From: an uncultured Planctomycetota bacterium
GTDB lineage: Bacteria; Planctomycetota; Planctomycetia; Isosphaerales; Isosphaeraceae
Length of the DNA stretch: 64,000 nt
NCBI GenBank assembly: GCA_963737655.1
Contig: CAVTTN010000002.1
Coordinates: forward strand, 4,896,001 to 4,960,000
Direction of reading: 5' to 3'
Shown here: positions 1-9,333 of the stretch, in pieces
Position numbering within the stretch: position 1 is the stretch's first letter
How the letters are laid out: each line of letters begins with the position of its first letter
Program-made: the position numbers and the translations under genes
Notes under the pieces: model-generated
The model's database searches: none
Seen by the model: only the letters and a program-made list of their open reading frames with translations
Told to the model about the DNA's origin: nothing

Positions 1-2
1 GG

Positions 3-938
3 GGCGACTTGCCGGTGATCCTGTCGAGGCAGGCCGACAGGGCCCGGCTGAACCCGGCGCTCCGGGGGGCGGAGATCGTCCAGGGCGATCCGAACGTCCC
101 GGGGAGCTGGGAATCGGTGGTCGACGGCTGCGACGCCGTGGTCAACCTCGTCGGCCACAACCTCTTCGCCCAGAGGTGGAGCGACGAGGTGAAGGCCAAG
201 ATCCGCGACAGCCGAGTGGTGGCCACGGAGCACGTCGTCGAGGCGATCGCCCGGGCCTCGAACCGGCCGAAGACGCTGGTCCAGGCGTCGGCCATCGGCT
301 ATTACGGCCCGACCGGCGACGAGGAGTTGACCGAGGACAGCAAGCCGGGCGACGACTTCATGGCCAGGGTCTGCCGGGAGTGGGAAGAGGCCGCGAAGCC
401 GGTCGAGTCTTTGGGAGTCCGGCTCGCGACGATCCGAACCGGGGTCGTCCTGGCGAAGGGGGAGGCGGCCCTCGGCGTGATGACGCCCATCTTCAAGTAC
501 CTCCCCGGCGGGGCGGCACCGGTCGGCAGCGGCAAGAACGCGATGATGCCGGGCTCGGGCAAGCAATGGATGAGCTGGGTCCACCTCGACGACATCGTCG
601 GCCTGTTCCTCTTCGCCCTGGACAACTCCGAGGCGACCGGGCCGATCAACGGGACCGCGCCCAACCCCCTGACGAATCACGACTTCTCGAAGGCCCTGGC
701 GAAGGCCGTCGGCCGAGGGTGGGCGTTCCTGCCGATCGGCCCGCCGGACTTCATGCTCAACCTCGTCCTCGGCGAGGTGGCCCAGGTCGTGACGAAGGGG
801 CAAAAGGTCCTGCCGAAGAAGGCCGAGAGGCTCGGCTATCGCTTCCTCTTCCCCGAGATCGGCCCCGCCCTGGCCGACATTTTTGGACCGAAGGCCGCAC
901 CCCGGGCCAAGGCCCCCGAGCCGGCGGCGGTCGCCTGA
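3..938 (+). CDS. TIGR01777/YfcH-type NAD-dependent epimerase family oxidoreductase (5' end outside window)
   Basis: Motifs VVNLVG, SAIGYYG, VCREWE, RTGVVL, WMSWVHLDD, GPIN.TAP. The N-terminal Rossmann GxxGxxG is missing, so the gene starts upstream of the window. Confidence 0.9.
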   Translation, partial: GDLPVILSRQADRARLNPALRGAEIVQGDPNVPGSWESVVDGCDAVVNLVGHNLFAQRWSDEVKAKIRDSRVVATEHVVEAIARASNRPKTLVQASAIGYYGPTGDEELTEDSKPGDDFMARVCREWEEAAKPVESLGVRLATIRTGVVLAKGEAALGVMTPIFKYLPGGAAPVGSGKNAMMPGSGKQWMSWVHLDDIVGLFLFALDNSEATGPINGTAPNPLTNHDFSKALAKAVGRGWAFLPIGPPDFMLNLVLGEVAQVVTKGQKVLPKKAERLGYRFLFPEIGPALADIFGPKAAPRAKAPEPAAVA

Positions 939-954
939 TCGAGCGAAAGGACGC

Positions 955-1320
955 ATGATGGCCCGATTGATCCAGGGGCCGACGATCATCGAGTCGGCCG
1001 GCAATTTGCCGAAGCGGATCGAAGAGTTCGTCGGCCTCGTCAACTCGACGACCCCGGGCGTGAGCATCGCGAGGATGACCAGCCCCGAAGGATGGGTCGA
1101 GCCGGGCCAGACGCCCGAGTTCGAGGAGTTCACGATCGTCTTGAAAGGACTGGTCCGCGTGACCACTCGCGAGGGGACCATCGACGTCCGCGCCGGCCAG
1201 GCGATCCACGCGCCAAAGGGGGAATGGGTCCGGTACGACACCCCGGAGGCCGGAGGCGCCGAATACCTCGCGGTCTGCCTGCCGGCGTTTTCGCCCGGGA
1301 CGGTCCATCGCGACGAGTGA
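955..1320 (+). CDS. Cupin domain protein
   Basis: PKRIEEFVG, GWVEPGQTPEFEEFTIVLKG, WVRY.TP, CLPAFSP.TVHR. ATG at 955 follows an AAAGG RBS-like sequence. Confidence 0.85.
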   Translation: MMARLIQGPTIIESAGNLPKRIEEFVGLVNSTTPGVSIARMTSPEGWVEPGQTPEFEEFTIVLKGLVRVTTREGTIDVRAGQAIHAPKGEWVRYDTPEAGGAEYLAVCLPAFSPGTVHRDE

Positions 1321-1344
1321 ACGGCGGCCTGGGAAGGCTCGGTC

Positions 1345-2181
1345 CTACCCGACCCACTCCCCGGTGAAAACCTCGGTCGCCGGGCCGGTCATGAAGACCG
1401 ATTGGCCGTCGCCGGGCCATTCGAGTTCGAGGTCTCCGCCGGGAAGGTGGGCCAGGAGGCGGAGGGCGGTCTTCCCGGTGAGGACCCCGGCGACGCAGAC
1501 GGCGCAGGCCCCGGTCCCGCAGGCCAGGGTGATCCCCGAGCCTCGTTCCCACGTCCTCATCCGAACCTCTTCGGGGCCAATCACCTCGACGAAATGGACG
1601 TTCACGCGACGGGGGAACGCCGGGTGGACTTCCAGGGCCGCCCCGACCTCCTCGACCGGGAAATGCTCCACGTCCTCGACATAAACCACCGCGTGAGGGT
1701 TGCCCATCGACACGGCGGTGATCGCCAGCGAATGCCCCCGGACGTCCATCGGGGCGTTCACGGGCGGATCGCCGGGCAAGGTGGTGGGGATGTCGAGCGA
1801 TCGGAGGATCGGCGCGCCCATGTCCACGCGGACCCGTTGCGCCAGACCCGCCTCGGCCTCGACGTCGAGGGACAGGACGCCTCGGCCGGTCTCGATGGCG
1901 ATCCGGCCCTTGCGGGCGATCCCCCGGTCATAGACGAACTTGGCCACGCAGCGGACGCCGTTGCCGCACATCTCGGATTCGGAGCCGTCGGCGTTGAACA
2001 TCCTCATCCGGGCGTCGGCCCGATCGGAGGGGCCGATCAGGATCAGGCCATCGGAGCCGATGCCGAAGTGGCGGTCGCTGACGGCCCGGGCCAGGGCGGC
2101 GGGGTCGGCCGGCGGGGGCTGGTCGAACGCGCTCACGTACACGTAGTCGTTGCCCAGGCCGTGCATCTTGGTGAACTTCAT
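1345..2181 (-). CDS. dapF: Diaminopimelate epimerase
   Basis: [12 protein letters not shown] start, catalytic EMCGNG and LACGTG, SMGNPH, ERG. Confidence 0.98.
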   Translation of the reverse strand: MKFTKMHGLGNDYVYVSAFDQPPPADPAALARAVSDRHFGIGSDGLILIGPSDRADARMRMFNADGSESEMCGNGVRCVAKFVYDRGIARKGRIAIETGRGVLSLDVEAEAGLAQRVRVDMGAPILRSLDIPTTLPGDPPVNAPMDVRGHSLAITAVSMGNPHAVVYVEDVEHFPVEEVGAALEVHPAFPRRVNVHFVEVIGPEEVRMRTWERGSGITLACGTGACAVCVAGVLTGKTALRLLAHLPGGDLELEWPGDGQSVFMTGPATEVFTGEWVG

Positions 2182-2350
2182 CGATTCGGGTCTCGTCGCC
2201 CATGGTTCCGGGGAATCCGGCCCATTCTAGCCCGTGGGGCCAAAGGCCGTCTCGTCCGAGAGATGGATCGCTGGCCAGAGTCCCCGGGTTTGTGTCAAAC
2301 TGGGAGAGACGGTGGGATCCACGACGACCGGACGACGAGGAGATTCCCGG

Positions 2351-2644
2351 ATGAACCGCCAGGCGATCCTCGATCGCGTGAAGGCCGAGGCGCCCGTCCT
2401 GAAGAGGAAGTACGGGCTGGCCTCGCTGGCTGTCTTCGGCTCGATGGCCCGGGGCGACGACCACGAGGGCAGCGACCTGGACATCCTCGTGAACTTCGAG
2501 GGGCCCGCGACGTTCCGGGGGTTCATGGGCCTGAAGCTGGAGCTGGAGGCCCTGAGCGGTCGGCAGGTTGACCTGCTCACGCCGAAATGCCTGTCGGCCG
2601 CGATGAATGATGAGATCGAGAAGGAGGCGATCCTTGCCTCGTAG
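2351..2644 (+). CDS. MNT nucleotidyltransferase antitoxin (MntA-like)
   Basis: 97 aa with FGSMARGDDHEGSDLD (GSX10DXD) and VDL. Overlaps the downstream HEPN gene. Confidence 0.9.
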   Translation: MNRQAILDRVKAEAPVLKRKYGLASLAVFGSMARGDDHEGSDLDILVNFEGPATFRGFMGLKLELEALSGRQVDLLTPKCLSAAMNDEIEKEAILAS

Positions 2645-2978
2645 CCCCGAGCAGCGCATCGATGACATCCTCCGTTGCTGCGAGAAGATCCTCCGGTTCA
2701 CGGCGGGGATGGCTCGCGAGCAATTGTCCGAGCAGGAACTCGTGATGGATGCGGTCCTGAGGAACCTCGAAATCTTCGGTGAGGCCACGAAACACCTGCC
2801 CGACCACGTCCGCGCCGCGATGCCGGGGATCGCCTGGAAGGAGATCGCCGGGATGCGCGACTGGATCTCTCACGTCTACGACCGGGTGGATGACGAAGTC
2901 GTGTGGAACGCGATCGAGGTGGATCTGCCGCTCCTCCTCCACACCCTCCAAGTCCACAGGGGGATCGGACGGTCCTGA
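2634..2978 (+). CDS. HEPN/DUF86 RNase toxin (HepT-like)
   Basis: DAVLRNLEIFGEA, W..IAGMRDWISHVY (RX4HXY motif). TTG start overlaps the MNT gene. Confidence 0.9.
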   Translation: MPRSPEQRIDDILRCCEKILRFTAGMAREQLSEQELVMDAVLRNLEIFGEATKHLPDHVRAAMPGIAWKEIAGMRDWISHVYDRVDDEVVWNAIEVDLPLLLHTLQVHRGIGRS

Positions 2979-3114
2979 ACGGTCGAAGCGTCCACGAAGG
3001 CGAAGGACCCTGGCGAGGGCGGGGGTCCTGGCTTGCCGGATGGGGGTCCGGGCGCTACTCTTACAGGAATCGGTCCGCGCGGCCCGCTCTCCCGCCCGCT
3101 CCCTGAGGTGATGA

Positions 3115-3932
3115 ATGCTGGGAACCCCGTCACCGACCGATTTCGACCTGAATTTCCGGGTGTTTCGCATCCCGGTGCGGGTGTCGATCTGGTTCTGGCT
3201 CGGCTGCGTCCTGCTCGGGCCGAAGCAGCCCCGGGAGATCCTGATCTGGGCCGGATGCCTGTTCGGATCGATCCTGATCCACGAGCTCGGGCACGGGCTG
3301 ACGTCGCGGTTCTTCGGCGACCGGCCGAGGATCGTCCTTCATGGGATGGGCGGGGTCTGCATCTCGGACGACGCCGGGCGCGAGACCTTCGGGCAGAGGC
3401 TCACCATCCTCCTGATGGGCCCGGGGCGCAGTTCCTCCTGCTCCTGGGGCTGATGGTCTTCGGATGGTTCCGGCTGGGGATCTCGTGGCGGGGCGACCTG
3501 AGCCTGGCGCGCTACCTCCTCGGCCTGCCTCTCGGCCACGAGGACGTCGGGGGCGCCGAGGTCGAACGGGCGATCAATGGCGGCCTGGCGGGCAAGTTCT
3601 ACTGGTATCTGTTCCAGGTCAACTTCCTCTGGCCCCTGATCAACCTCCTGCCGATCTACCCGCTCGACGGCGGCCAGGTGGCGATGACCCTGCTCCAGAG
3701 GTTCGACCGCCGCCACGGGGCGAGGCGGACCCACATCCTTTCGATGGTGACCGCCGGCATCCTCGCCGCCTTCGCCCTGAACCGGATGACCTCCTCCGAG
3801 GACGGCCAGAGCGCCTTCTACCTCGTGATCTTCTTCGGCCTGTTCGCGTTCATCAACTTCCAGCACCTCCAATCGTACCACCGCAAGTACATCGAGTCGG
3901 GCCCCGATGACGCGGACTGGTGGCGGAGGTAG
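3115..3932 (+). CDS. Site-2 protease family (M50) membrane metalloprotease; one frameshift at ~3425
   Basis: HELGH zinc motif in one frame, NLLPIYPLDGG in another. Adding one G to the run at 3423-3426 joins them (MGPGAQFLL). Confidence 0.88.
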
Positions 3933-3961
3933 CGACGGACCCATCCCCCGATCCTGGATCG

Positions 3962-4252
3962 ATGTTCGAAACGGCCATTCATGCGATCGTCGGTCGGCTG
4001 GTCCGTGGGGATTTCGTGATCCGCCATCGCCCGGGGCGAGGGGTGTCGGTCCGGGGACGGGTCCCCCGGGGGAAGGTGGGGATGATCTCGGAGTTTTTTC
4101 GCCGAGACCTGAACCCTCCGGGCCCGGTGACGGTCTGGGGCTCGTGGAGCGGGGGCCGGGGCCGGGGCGTCCTGCGTCTGAGGTTCCTGGGACGGCTCGA
4201 TGGGGCGGACCGCCAGAGGGCCCGGAACTTCCTGAGCGAACATCTGGCCTGA
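3962..4252 (+). CDS. Small hypothetical protein, DUF3634-like
   Basis: F.IR...G.V..RG.VP and RL.F.G......RQR.RN pattern as I recall it for DUF3634. Confidence 0.55.
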   Translation: MFETAIHAIVGRLVRGDFVIRHRPGRGVSVRGRVPRGKVGMISEFFRRDLNPPGPVTVWGSWSGGRGRGVLRLRFLGRLDGADRQRARNFLSEHLA

Positions 4253-4407
4253 GCGCGGGTTATGGCAATCGGCGCCCCCCCGGCGGCGGGCCCTTCCTTT
4301 CGGGCCGTCGATGGTGAAGAATTCGTCAGGGGCCGGCTCGTCGGCGCCCGTCCTCCGTGGGTCCGCCTTCGTCCTCCCCATCGACGTCCGACGAAACCCA
4401 TCTCCCC

Positions 4408-6933
4408 ATGCCTAAACGCAAGACGACCGGGGCCTCGGCCCCCTCGCCCGCCGATTCGACCGCCCCCGGCGGAGGTCGTGACCTCATCCTGATCGGGCCC
4501 GGGTCGCCCGAGAGCCTCCCCCTGCTGCCGCTGCGGACCGACGTCGTCTTCCCCCAGACCGTCGTCCCCCTGATCGTCAGCCGATCGGCCGGGATCCGCC
4601 TGATCGACGAGGTCATGCTCGGCGACAAGCTCGTGGGGCTGGTGACCCAGGTCCGGCCCGACGACGAGGAGCCCGGCCGGGACGACTTGCACCCGGTCCT
4701 CTGCGTCGGCACGATCCTCAAGATGCTCAAGTTCCCCGACGGCTCGACGCGGATCGTCGTCCAGGGGAACTCCCGGGGGCGCCTCAAGTCGATCACGAGG
4801 ACCGAGCCCTACCTGATCGGCAAGGTCGAGCCGCTGGACGAGGTGGAGGAGGCCGGCGTCGAGACCGATGCCCTGGTCCACCACGTCAACGCGCTGTTCA
4901 ACCGGATGGTCGAATCCAGCGGCCAGGTGCCCGAGGAATTGCAGGTCGCCGCGATGAACACGAGGGAGCCCGGCCGGTTGGCCGACCTCCTCGGCTCCAG
5001 CCTGCCGTTCCCCTCGGAGGAGAAGCAGGAGCTCCTGGCCGAGCTCGACGTCCGCAAGCGGCTGACCACGCTCTCGCAGTTCCTCGCCCGGCAGCTCGCG
5101 GTGATGGAGCTGGCCGGGAAGATCCAGGCGCAGGTGGGATCGGAGATCACCAAGGCCCAGCGCGATCACTTCCTCCGCCAGCAGATCAAGGCGATCCAGG
5201 AAGAACTGGGCGAAGGGGAGGGGGAGAACCCGGAGCTCGACGAGCTCTGGGACAAGATCGAGCGCGCCAAGCCGCCGGCCGAGGCCAAGAAGGAAGCCCG
5301 CCGCGAGCTCGAACGCCTCGCCGGGATGCATCCGAGCTCGGCCGAGTACTCGATCGTCCGCACCTATCTCGACTGGCTGGCCACCCTCCCCTGGTCCAAG
5401 GCCAGCCGCGATCGCCTGGACCTGAAGCGGGCCAAGAAGATCCTCGACGCCGACCATTACGACCTGGAGAAGATCAAGGAGCGCATCCTCGAATACCTGG
5501 CCGTCCGCAAGCTCAAGAAGGACATGAAGGGGCCGATCCTCTGCTTCGCCGGCCCGCCGGGGACGGGCAAGACCAGCCTGGGCAAGAGCATCGCCAAGGC
5601 CCTGGGCCGCGAGTTCGCCCGGGTGAGCCTGGGGGGCGTCCACGACGAGGCCGAGATCCGCGGCCACCGCCGGACCTACGTCGCCGCCATGCCCGGCAGG
5701 ATCATCCAGGGGCTCCGCAAGGCCGCGACGAACAACCCGGTGTTCATGCTCGACGAGGTGGACAAGCTCGGGGCCGACTTCCGCGGCGACCCCTCGGCGG
5801 CGCTCCTGGAAGTGCTCGACCCCGAGCAGAATTCGACGTTCCGGGACCACTATCTCGACGTCGATTTCGACCTCTCCAAGGTCATGTTCATCGCCACGGC
5901 GAACATGCTGGAGACCATCCCCCCGCCCCTGCTCGACCGGATGGAAGTGCTGGAGCTGCCCGGCTATAGCGAGGAAGAGAAGATCCTGATCGCCCAGAAA
6001 TTCATCATCCCCAAGCAGCTCGAGGCCCACGGCCTGGCGCCGAAGGACGTGACCATCGGCGACGCGACGATCCGCAAGGTCATCGCCGACTACACGAGGG
6101 AGGCCGGCCTCCGCAACCTCGAGCGCGAGGTGGCGACGATCTGCCGGAAGGTGGCGAGGAAGCACGCCGAGGGCGCCCGCGGCAAGACGATCGTGGAACC
6201 GCTGGACGTGCCCAAGTCCCTCGGCCCCCCGAAATACTTCCGCGAGGTCGCCGACCGGACCGGGACGCCCGGGGTGGCCACCGGCCTGGCCTGGACGCCC
6301 ACCGGCGGCGAGATCCTGTTCATCGAGGCCACCGGGCTGCCGGGCAAGGGCGGATTGACCCTGACCGGGCTCCTCGGCGAGTCGATGAAGGAATCCGCCC
6401 AGGCGGCGATGACCTATCTGCGGACCCGCGCGAAGCTGCTGGGCCTGGACCCGTCGGCCGTGGCGAAGACCGATGTCCACGTCCACGTCCCGGCCGGAGC
6501 GGTCCCCAAGGACGGCCCGAGCGCGGGGGTGGCGATCGCGGCGGCCCTGCTCAGCCTGTTCCGTCGCGAGGCGATCCACCAGAACCTGGCGATGACCGGC
6601 GAGGTCACCCTGACCGGCCGGGTCCTGCCCGTCGGCGGGGTCCGGGAAAAAATCCTGGCGGCGAGACGGGCGGGGATCAAGAAGGTCCTGATCCCGCATC
6701 ACAACGAAAAAGACCTGATCGAGCTGCCCGCCGACGTCAAGGCGGACGTGGTGTTCCAGTCGGTCGAGACCCTGGACGACGTCCTCCCGCATCTCTTCCC
6801 GGAGAAGGCCAAGGGACGGGCGAGGGCCGACGACTCGGGGCCGATCCCGAGGAAGGCCGCCCCCCTGCCCTCGCCGGCCGAGCCCAAGCCCCGGACGGCC
6901 GACAAGGCGAATCGTCGGCCTCGGACACCGTGA
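4408..6933 (+). CDS. lon: ATP-dependent Lon protease (LonA)
   Basis: LON N-domain, Walker A GPPGTGKT, LDEVDK, catalytic PKDGPSAG, AMTGE..LTG.VLPVGG..EK. Confidence 0.97.
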   Translation: MPKRKTTGASAPSPADSTAPGGGRDLILIGPGSPESLPLLPLRTDVVFPQTVVPLIVSRSAGIRLIDEVMLGDKLVGLVTQVRPDDEEPGRDDLHPVLCVGTILKMLKFPDGSTRIVVQGNSRGRLKSITRTEPYLIGKVEPLDEVEEAGVETDALVHHVNALFNRMVESSGQVPEELQVAAMNTREPGRLADLLGSSLPFPSEEKQELLAELDVRKRLTTLSQFLARQLAVMELAGKIQAQVGSEITKAQRDHFLRQQIKAIQEELGEGEGENPELDELWDKIERAKPPAEAKKEARRELERLAGMHPSSAEYSIVRTYLDWLATLPWSKASRDRLDLKRAKKILDADHYDLEKIKERILEYLAVRKLKKDMKGPILCFAGPPGTGKTSLGKSIAKALGREFARVSLGGVHDEAEIRGHRRTYVAAMPGRIIQGLRKAATNNPVFMLDEVDKLGADFRGDPSAALLEVLDPEQNSTFRDHYLDVDFDLSKVMFIATANMLETIPPPLLDRMEVLELPGYSEEEKILIAQKFIIPKQLEAHGLAPKDVTIGDATIRKVIADYTREAGLRNLEREVATICRKVARKHAEGARGKTIVEPLDVPKSLGPPKYFREVADRTGTPGVATGLAWTPTGGEILFIEATGLPGKGGLTLTGLLGESMKESAQAAMTYLRTRAKLLGLDPSAVAKTDVHVHVPAGAVPKDGPSAGVAIAAALLSLFRREAIHQNLAMTGEVTLTGRVLPVGGVREKILAARRAGIKKVLIPHHNEKDLIELPADVKADVVFQSVETLDDVLPHLFPEKAKGRARADDSGPIPRKAAPLPSPAEPKPRTADKANRRPRTP

Positions 6934-6984
6934 GGACCAGGCCCGAGGCCGTCCGGGCGCCTCTCCGAATCCTCAACTGAATGA

Positions 6985-7049
6985 GGACTGGCATGCTCTG
7001 TCGGAAACCCCGGTGGGGGACTGGCATGCTCTGTCGGAAACCCCGGTGG
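6985..7049. repeat. Tandem direct duplication with 33-bp period (ggactggcatgctctgtcggaaaccccggtgg x2)
   Basis: Identical 32-mers at 6985-7016 and 7018-7049. The unit is the left outer arm of the adjacent palindromic element. Confidence 0.95.
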
Positions 7050-7162
7050 TGGGAAGGAGTCGAGTAGGTCCGACTTCAGTCGGGCCTACGAAAAAGGGAT
7101 TTTTGTAGGCCCGACTGAAGTCGGACCTACTCGACTCCTCTCTCAACGGGGCCTTCGACAGA
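7023..7162. repeat. REPIN/MITE-like palindromic element, family A copy 1
   Basis: Perfect 35-bp arms 7055-7089 and 7105-7139 containing GTAGGTCCGACTTCAGTCGGGCCTAC. Imperfect outer arms tctgtcg..ccccg / cgggg..cgacaga. Homologous copies at ~17100 and ~47910. Confidence 0.9.
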
Positions 7163-7192
7163 TCGAGCCAATCCCCATCTGGTTCGGGATCC

Positions 7193-8965
7193 TCACGCCA
7201 GGATCGTGGACGCCTGGGACGTGTTCAGGGTGTTCTTGGCCGCCAGGGCCACGGTGGACAGCGCCGGGGCGGTCCCGGTGGCGCCTCCCAGGCGGTAGAT
7301 GATGTCGTTGTAGTCGCGATCGCTCTTGCCGGTGGACAGCCCGTTGTCTTCCCAGCCGAACGTCGTGCCGTTGCTGTCGTAGGAGGCGAGCTGGTTCTCA
7401 CTCGTGGGGTTGGCCTCGGGGATCGAGAACAGCGGCTGCTTCTTCGGGTCGGTGTTGGACGGGTTGGAATACGCCTCCCAGACGGTCCCGGCCGGCACGA
7501 GCATCGTGGCGAACTGGTCGCCCGGGGTCATCGCGAAGGTCTTGATCCCGAGATACGAGCCGCTGTTGTAGCCCGACTCCCACGGCAGGGAGACCGAGGT
7601 CTTCGCCCCCTCCGAGCCGTCGGAGATGACGACGTGGCCCAGGACCGAGTCGCTCAGGGCGCGCCGGGCGGCCTCCTTGATGAAGTCGGGGGAGCCGGGC
7701 GTGAGGTTGCCCATGCCCTGAAGGCTGAAGATCGCCATCTGGCTCTGGTAGCCGCCGCCGTCGTACAGGTAGTCCACGGTCACCTGGCCCGACGAGCCGA
7801 CCGTGTTCGTGCCCGAGGAGTACGACCCGTTCTCGGCGGACTGGTCGGCCGTCTCGTTGGTCGCGGCGTAGGTTTCGATCTGCTGGAAGATGTCCGTGGT
7901 CTGGAAGTTCCGCGACGAGTTGACCATCTCGGAGACCGGGGCGGCGAGCCCTCGGGCCCCGGTGACCTGGAAGACCATGTCGTTGTAATCCCGGTCGCTG
8001 CCGTTGGCCAGGCTGATGTCCTCGAACGAGAACAGCGAGCCGTGGCCGTCGAGGTCGCCGACCTGGCCGCGGAGCTGCGGGGTCACGGTATAGGGGTCCG
8101 CCGCCGGGACCGAGTACAGCGGCTGCAAGCTGCCGGTGGCCGACGGGTTGGCATAGACCTGCGAGGCCGTCCCGTTGGGGATCAGCATGGCGCCGAAGGT
8201 GTCACCGGCGGTCATGCTGAAGGTCTTGGGCCCGGCGTAGCTGCCGTGGCCGTCGTGGAAGTCCGATTCCCACGGCATCTTGGCGTCGAACTTGGCCGTC
8301 TCCGAGGAGACGGAGATGACCACGTGGCCGAGCGTCGAGTTGCTCAGGACGCGGCGGGCGGCCTCCTCGTTGTAGGCGGACGAGCCGGGGGTGTAGGCGT
8401 CCATGCCGTCGAGGCTGTAGATCCCCAACTGGCCGCGATAGCCGGCGCCGTCGTACAGGTAGTCGATCGTGACGTTCCCCGTGCTGCCGACGGTGAACTG
8501 GCCGACCTGGGCGTTGGCCTGGGCGTCCTGGCTGCCGGGTGCCCCGGTCAACAGCGTGGTGCTGACCACCCCGGTCGAGGTGGTGTTGTAGGAGGAGGTG
8601 ATCGTCGTCCCATTGGTGAAGACGTCATTGCCCCCCTTGCCGACGAAGAGGATCGACGAGACCGACGCGACCGGGATGGTCTGCTGGTCGGCATAGCCTC
8701 CGTCGTCGGCGAAGCTCACCGAGAGCTGGGTGGGGTCGTTCACCGCCTGGCCGCCGACGACCTTCGTCGCATAGGTGACCTTGGCCACGTCATTGGTCGT
8801 CGTGCCGAACAGGGTCAGCAGGCCGGTGGAGGGATTCAGGGAGATGCCCGTGGTCATCATCTCCCGGCGCTCCATCGCCTCGACGGCCGGTCGCCTCCTG
8901 CGGCGGCCGGGCCCGAGAGGGATTCGGGCGGTCCGGTCGCGGCTCGCGATCTTGCGGAAGAACAT
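7193..8965 (-). CDS. Planctomycete extracellular protein with two tandem ~200-aa DUF4114-type modules
   Basis: N-terminal RRRRPAVEAMERREMM planctomycete extracellular motif. Two repeats, each DYLYDG..Y....I.SL.GM...EAARR.LS.S.LGHVVIS ... ED.....SDRDYND. Confidence 0.8.
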   Translation of the reverse strand: MFFRKIASRDRTARIPLGPGRRRRRPAVEAMERREMMTTGISLNPSTGLLTLFGTTTNDVAKVTYATKVVGGQAVNDPTQLSVSFADDGGYADQQTIPVASVSSILFVGKGGNDVFTNGTTITSSYNTTSTGVVSTTLLTGAPGSQDAQANAQVGQFTVGSTGNVTIDYLYDGAGYRGQLGIYSLDGMDAYTPGSSAYNEEAARRVLSNSTLGHVVISVSSETAKFDAKMPWESDFHDGHGSYAGPKTFSMTAGDTFGAMLIPNGTASQVYANPSATGSLQPLYSVPAADPYTVTPQLRGQVGDLDGHGSLFSFEDISLANGSDRDYNDMVFQVTGARGLAAPVSEMVNSSRNFQTTDIFQQIETYAATNETADQSAENGSYSSGTNTVGSSGQVTVDYLYDGGGYQSQMAIFSLQGMGNLTPGSPDFIKEAARRALSDSVLGHVVISDGSEGAKTSVSLPWESGYNSGSYLGIKTFAMTPGDQFATMLVPAGTVWEAYSNPSNTDPKKQPLFSIPEANPTSENQLASYDSNGTTFGWEDNGLSTGKSDRDYNDIIYRLGGATGTAPALSTVALAAKNTLNTSQASTILA

Positions 8966-9333
8966 CCGACGTCTCCCCGAGGGCCGGGGTACCCGCTCAG
9001 GGGTCTCCGGCCCGATGCCTGGAAGCAGAAGGAAAGCCGGCGGCCCTCGAACGGGCGCCGAGGGGCACCATCGCCCCGGGATCACCCTAGGTCCGGAAAT
9101 CTCGAAGGTTGGGGAGTGATGTCCGTCCGCCTCATCGCGCCGGGTCGTCGGCCCGAAATCGCCTTCTCGGGCGGCCGATCGGCCCGATCAGGGCGGGTCG
9201 AAGGCCCGGGGACGGGCGCCGGAATGCGTCCTAGAGTCCCTGTGGAGGGGGTCCCCTCGCGGGATCGCCCGTCCCCCGGTCCGGACGTCCGGGGCGAGAC
9301 GACAGATACCTCGGCGACGAAGGCGAGAGGCGA

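Noticed and set aside
3979..6792. Long antisense ORFs (also 7634..9622, 23243..25999, 41540..43591, 45118..47289, 49627..52581)
   Set aside because: Shadow ORFs opposite well-supported genes, expected from high-GC codon bias. No recognisable motifs.
6985..7049. Possible mini CRISPR array
   Set aside because: Only two units separated by 1 nt, no spacers and no cas genes. It is a tandem duplication.
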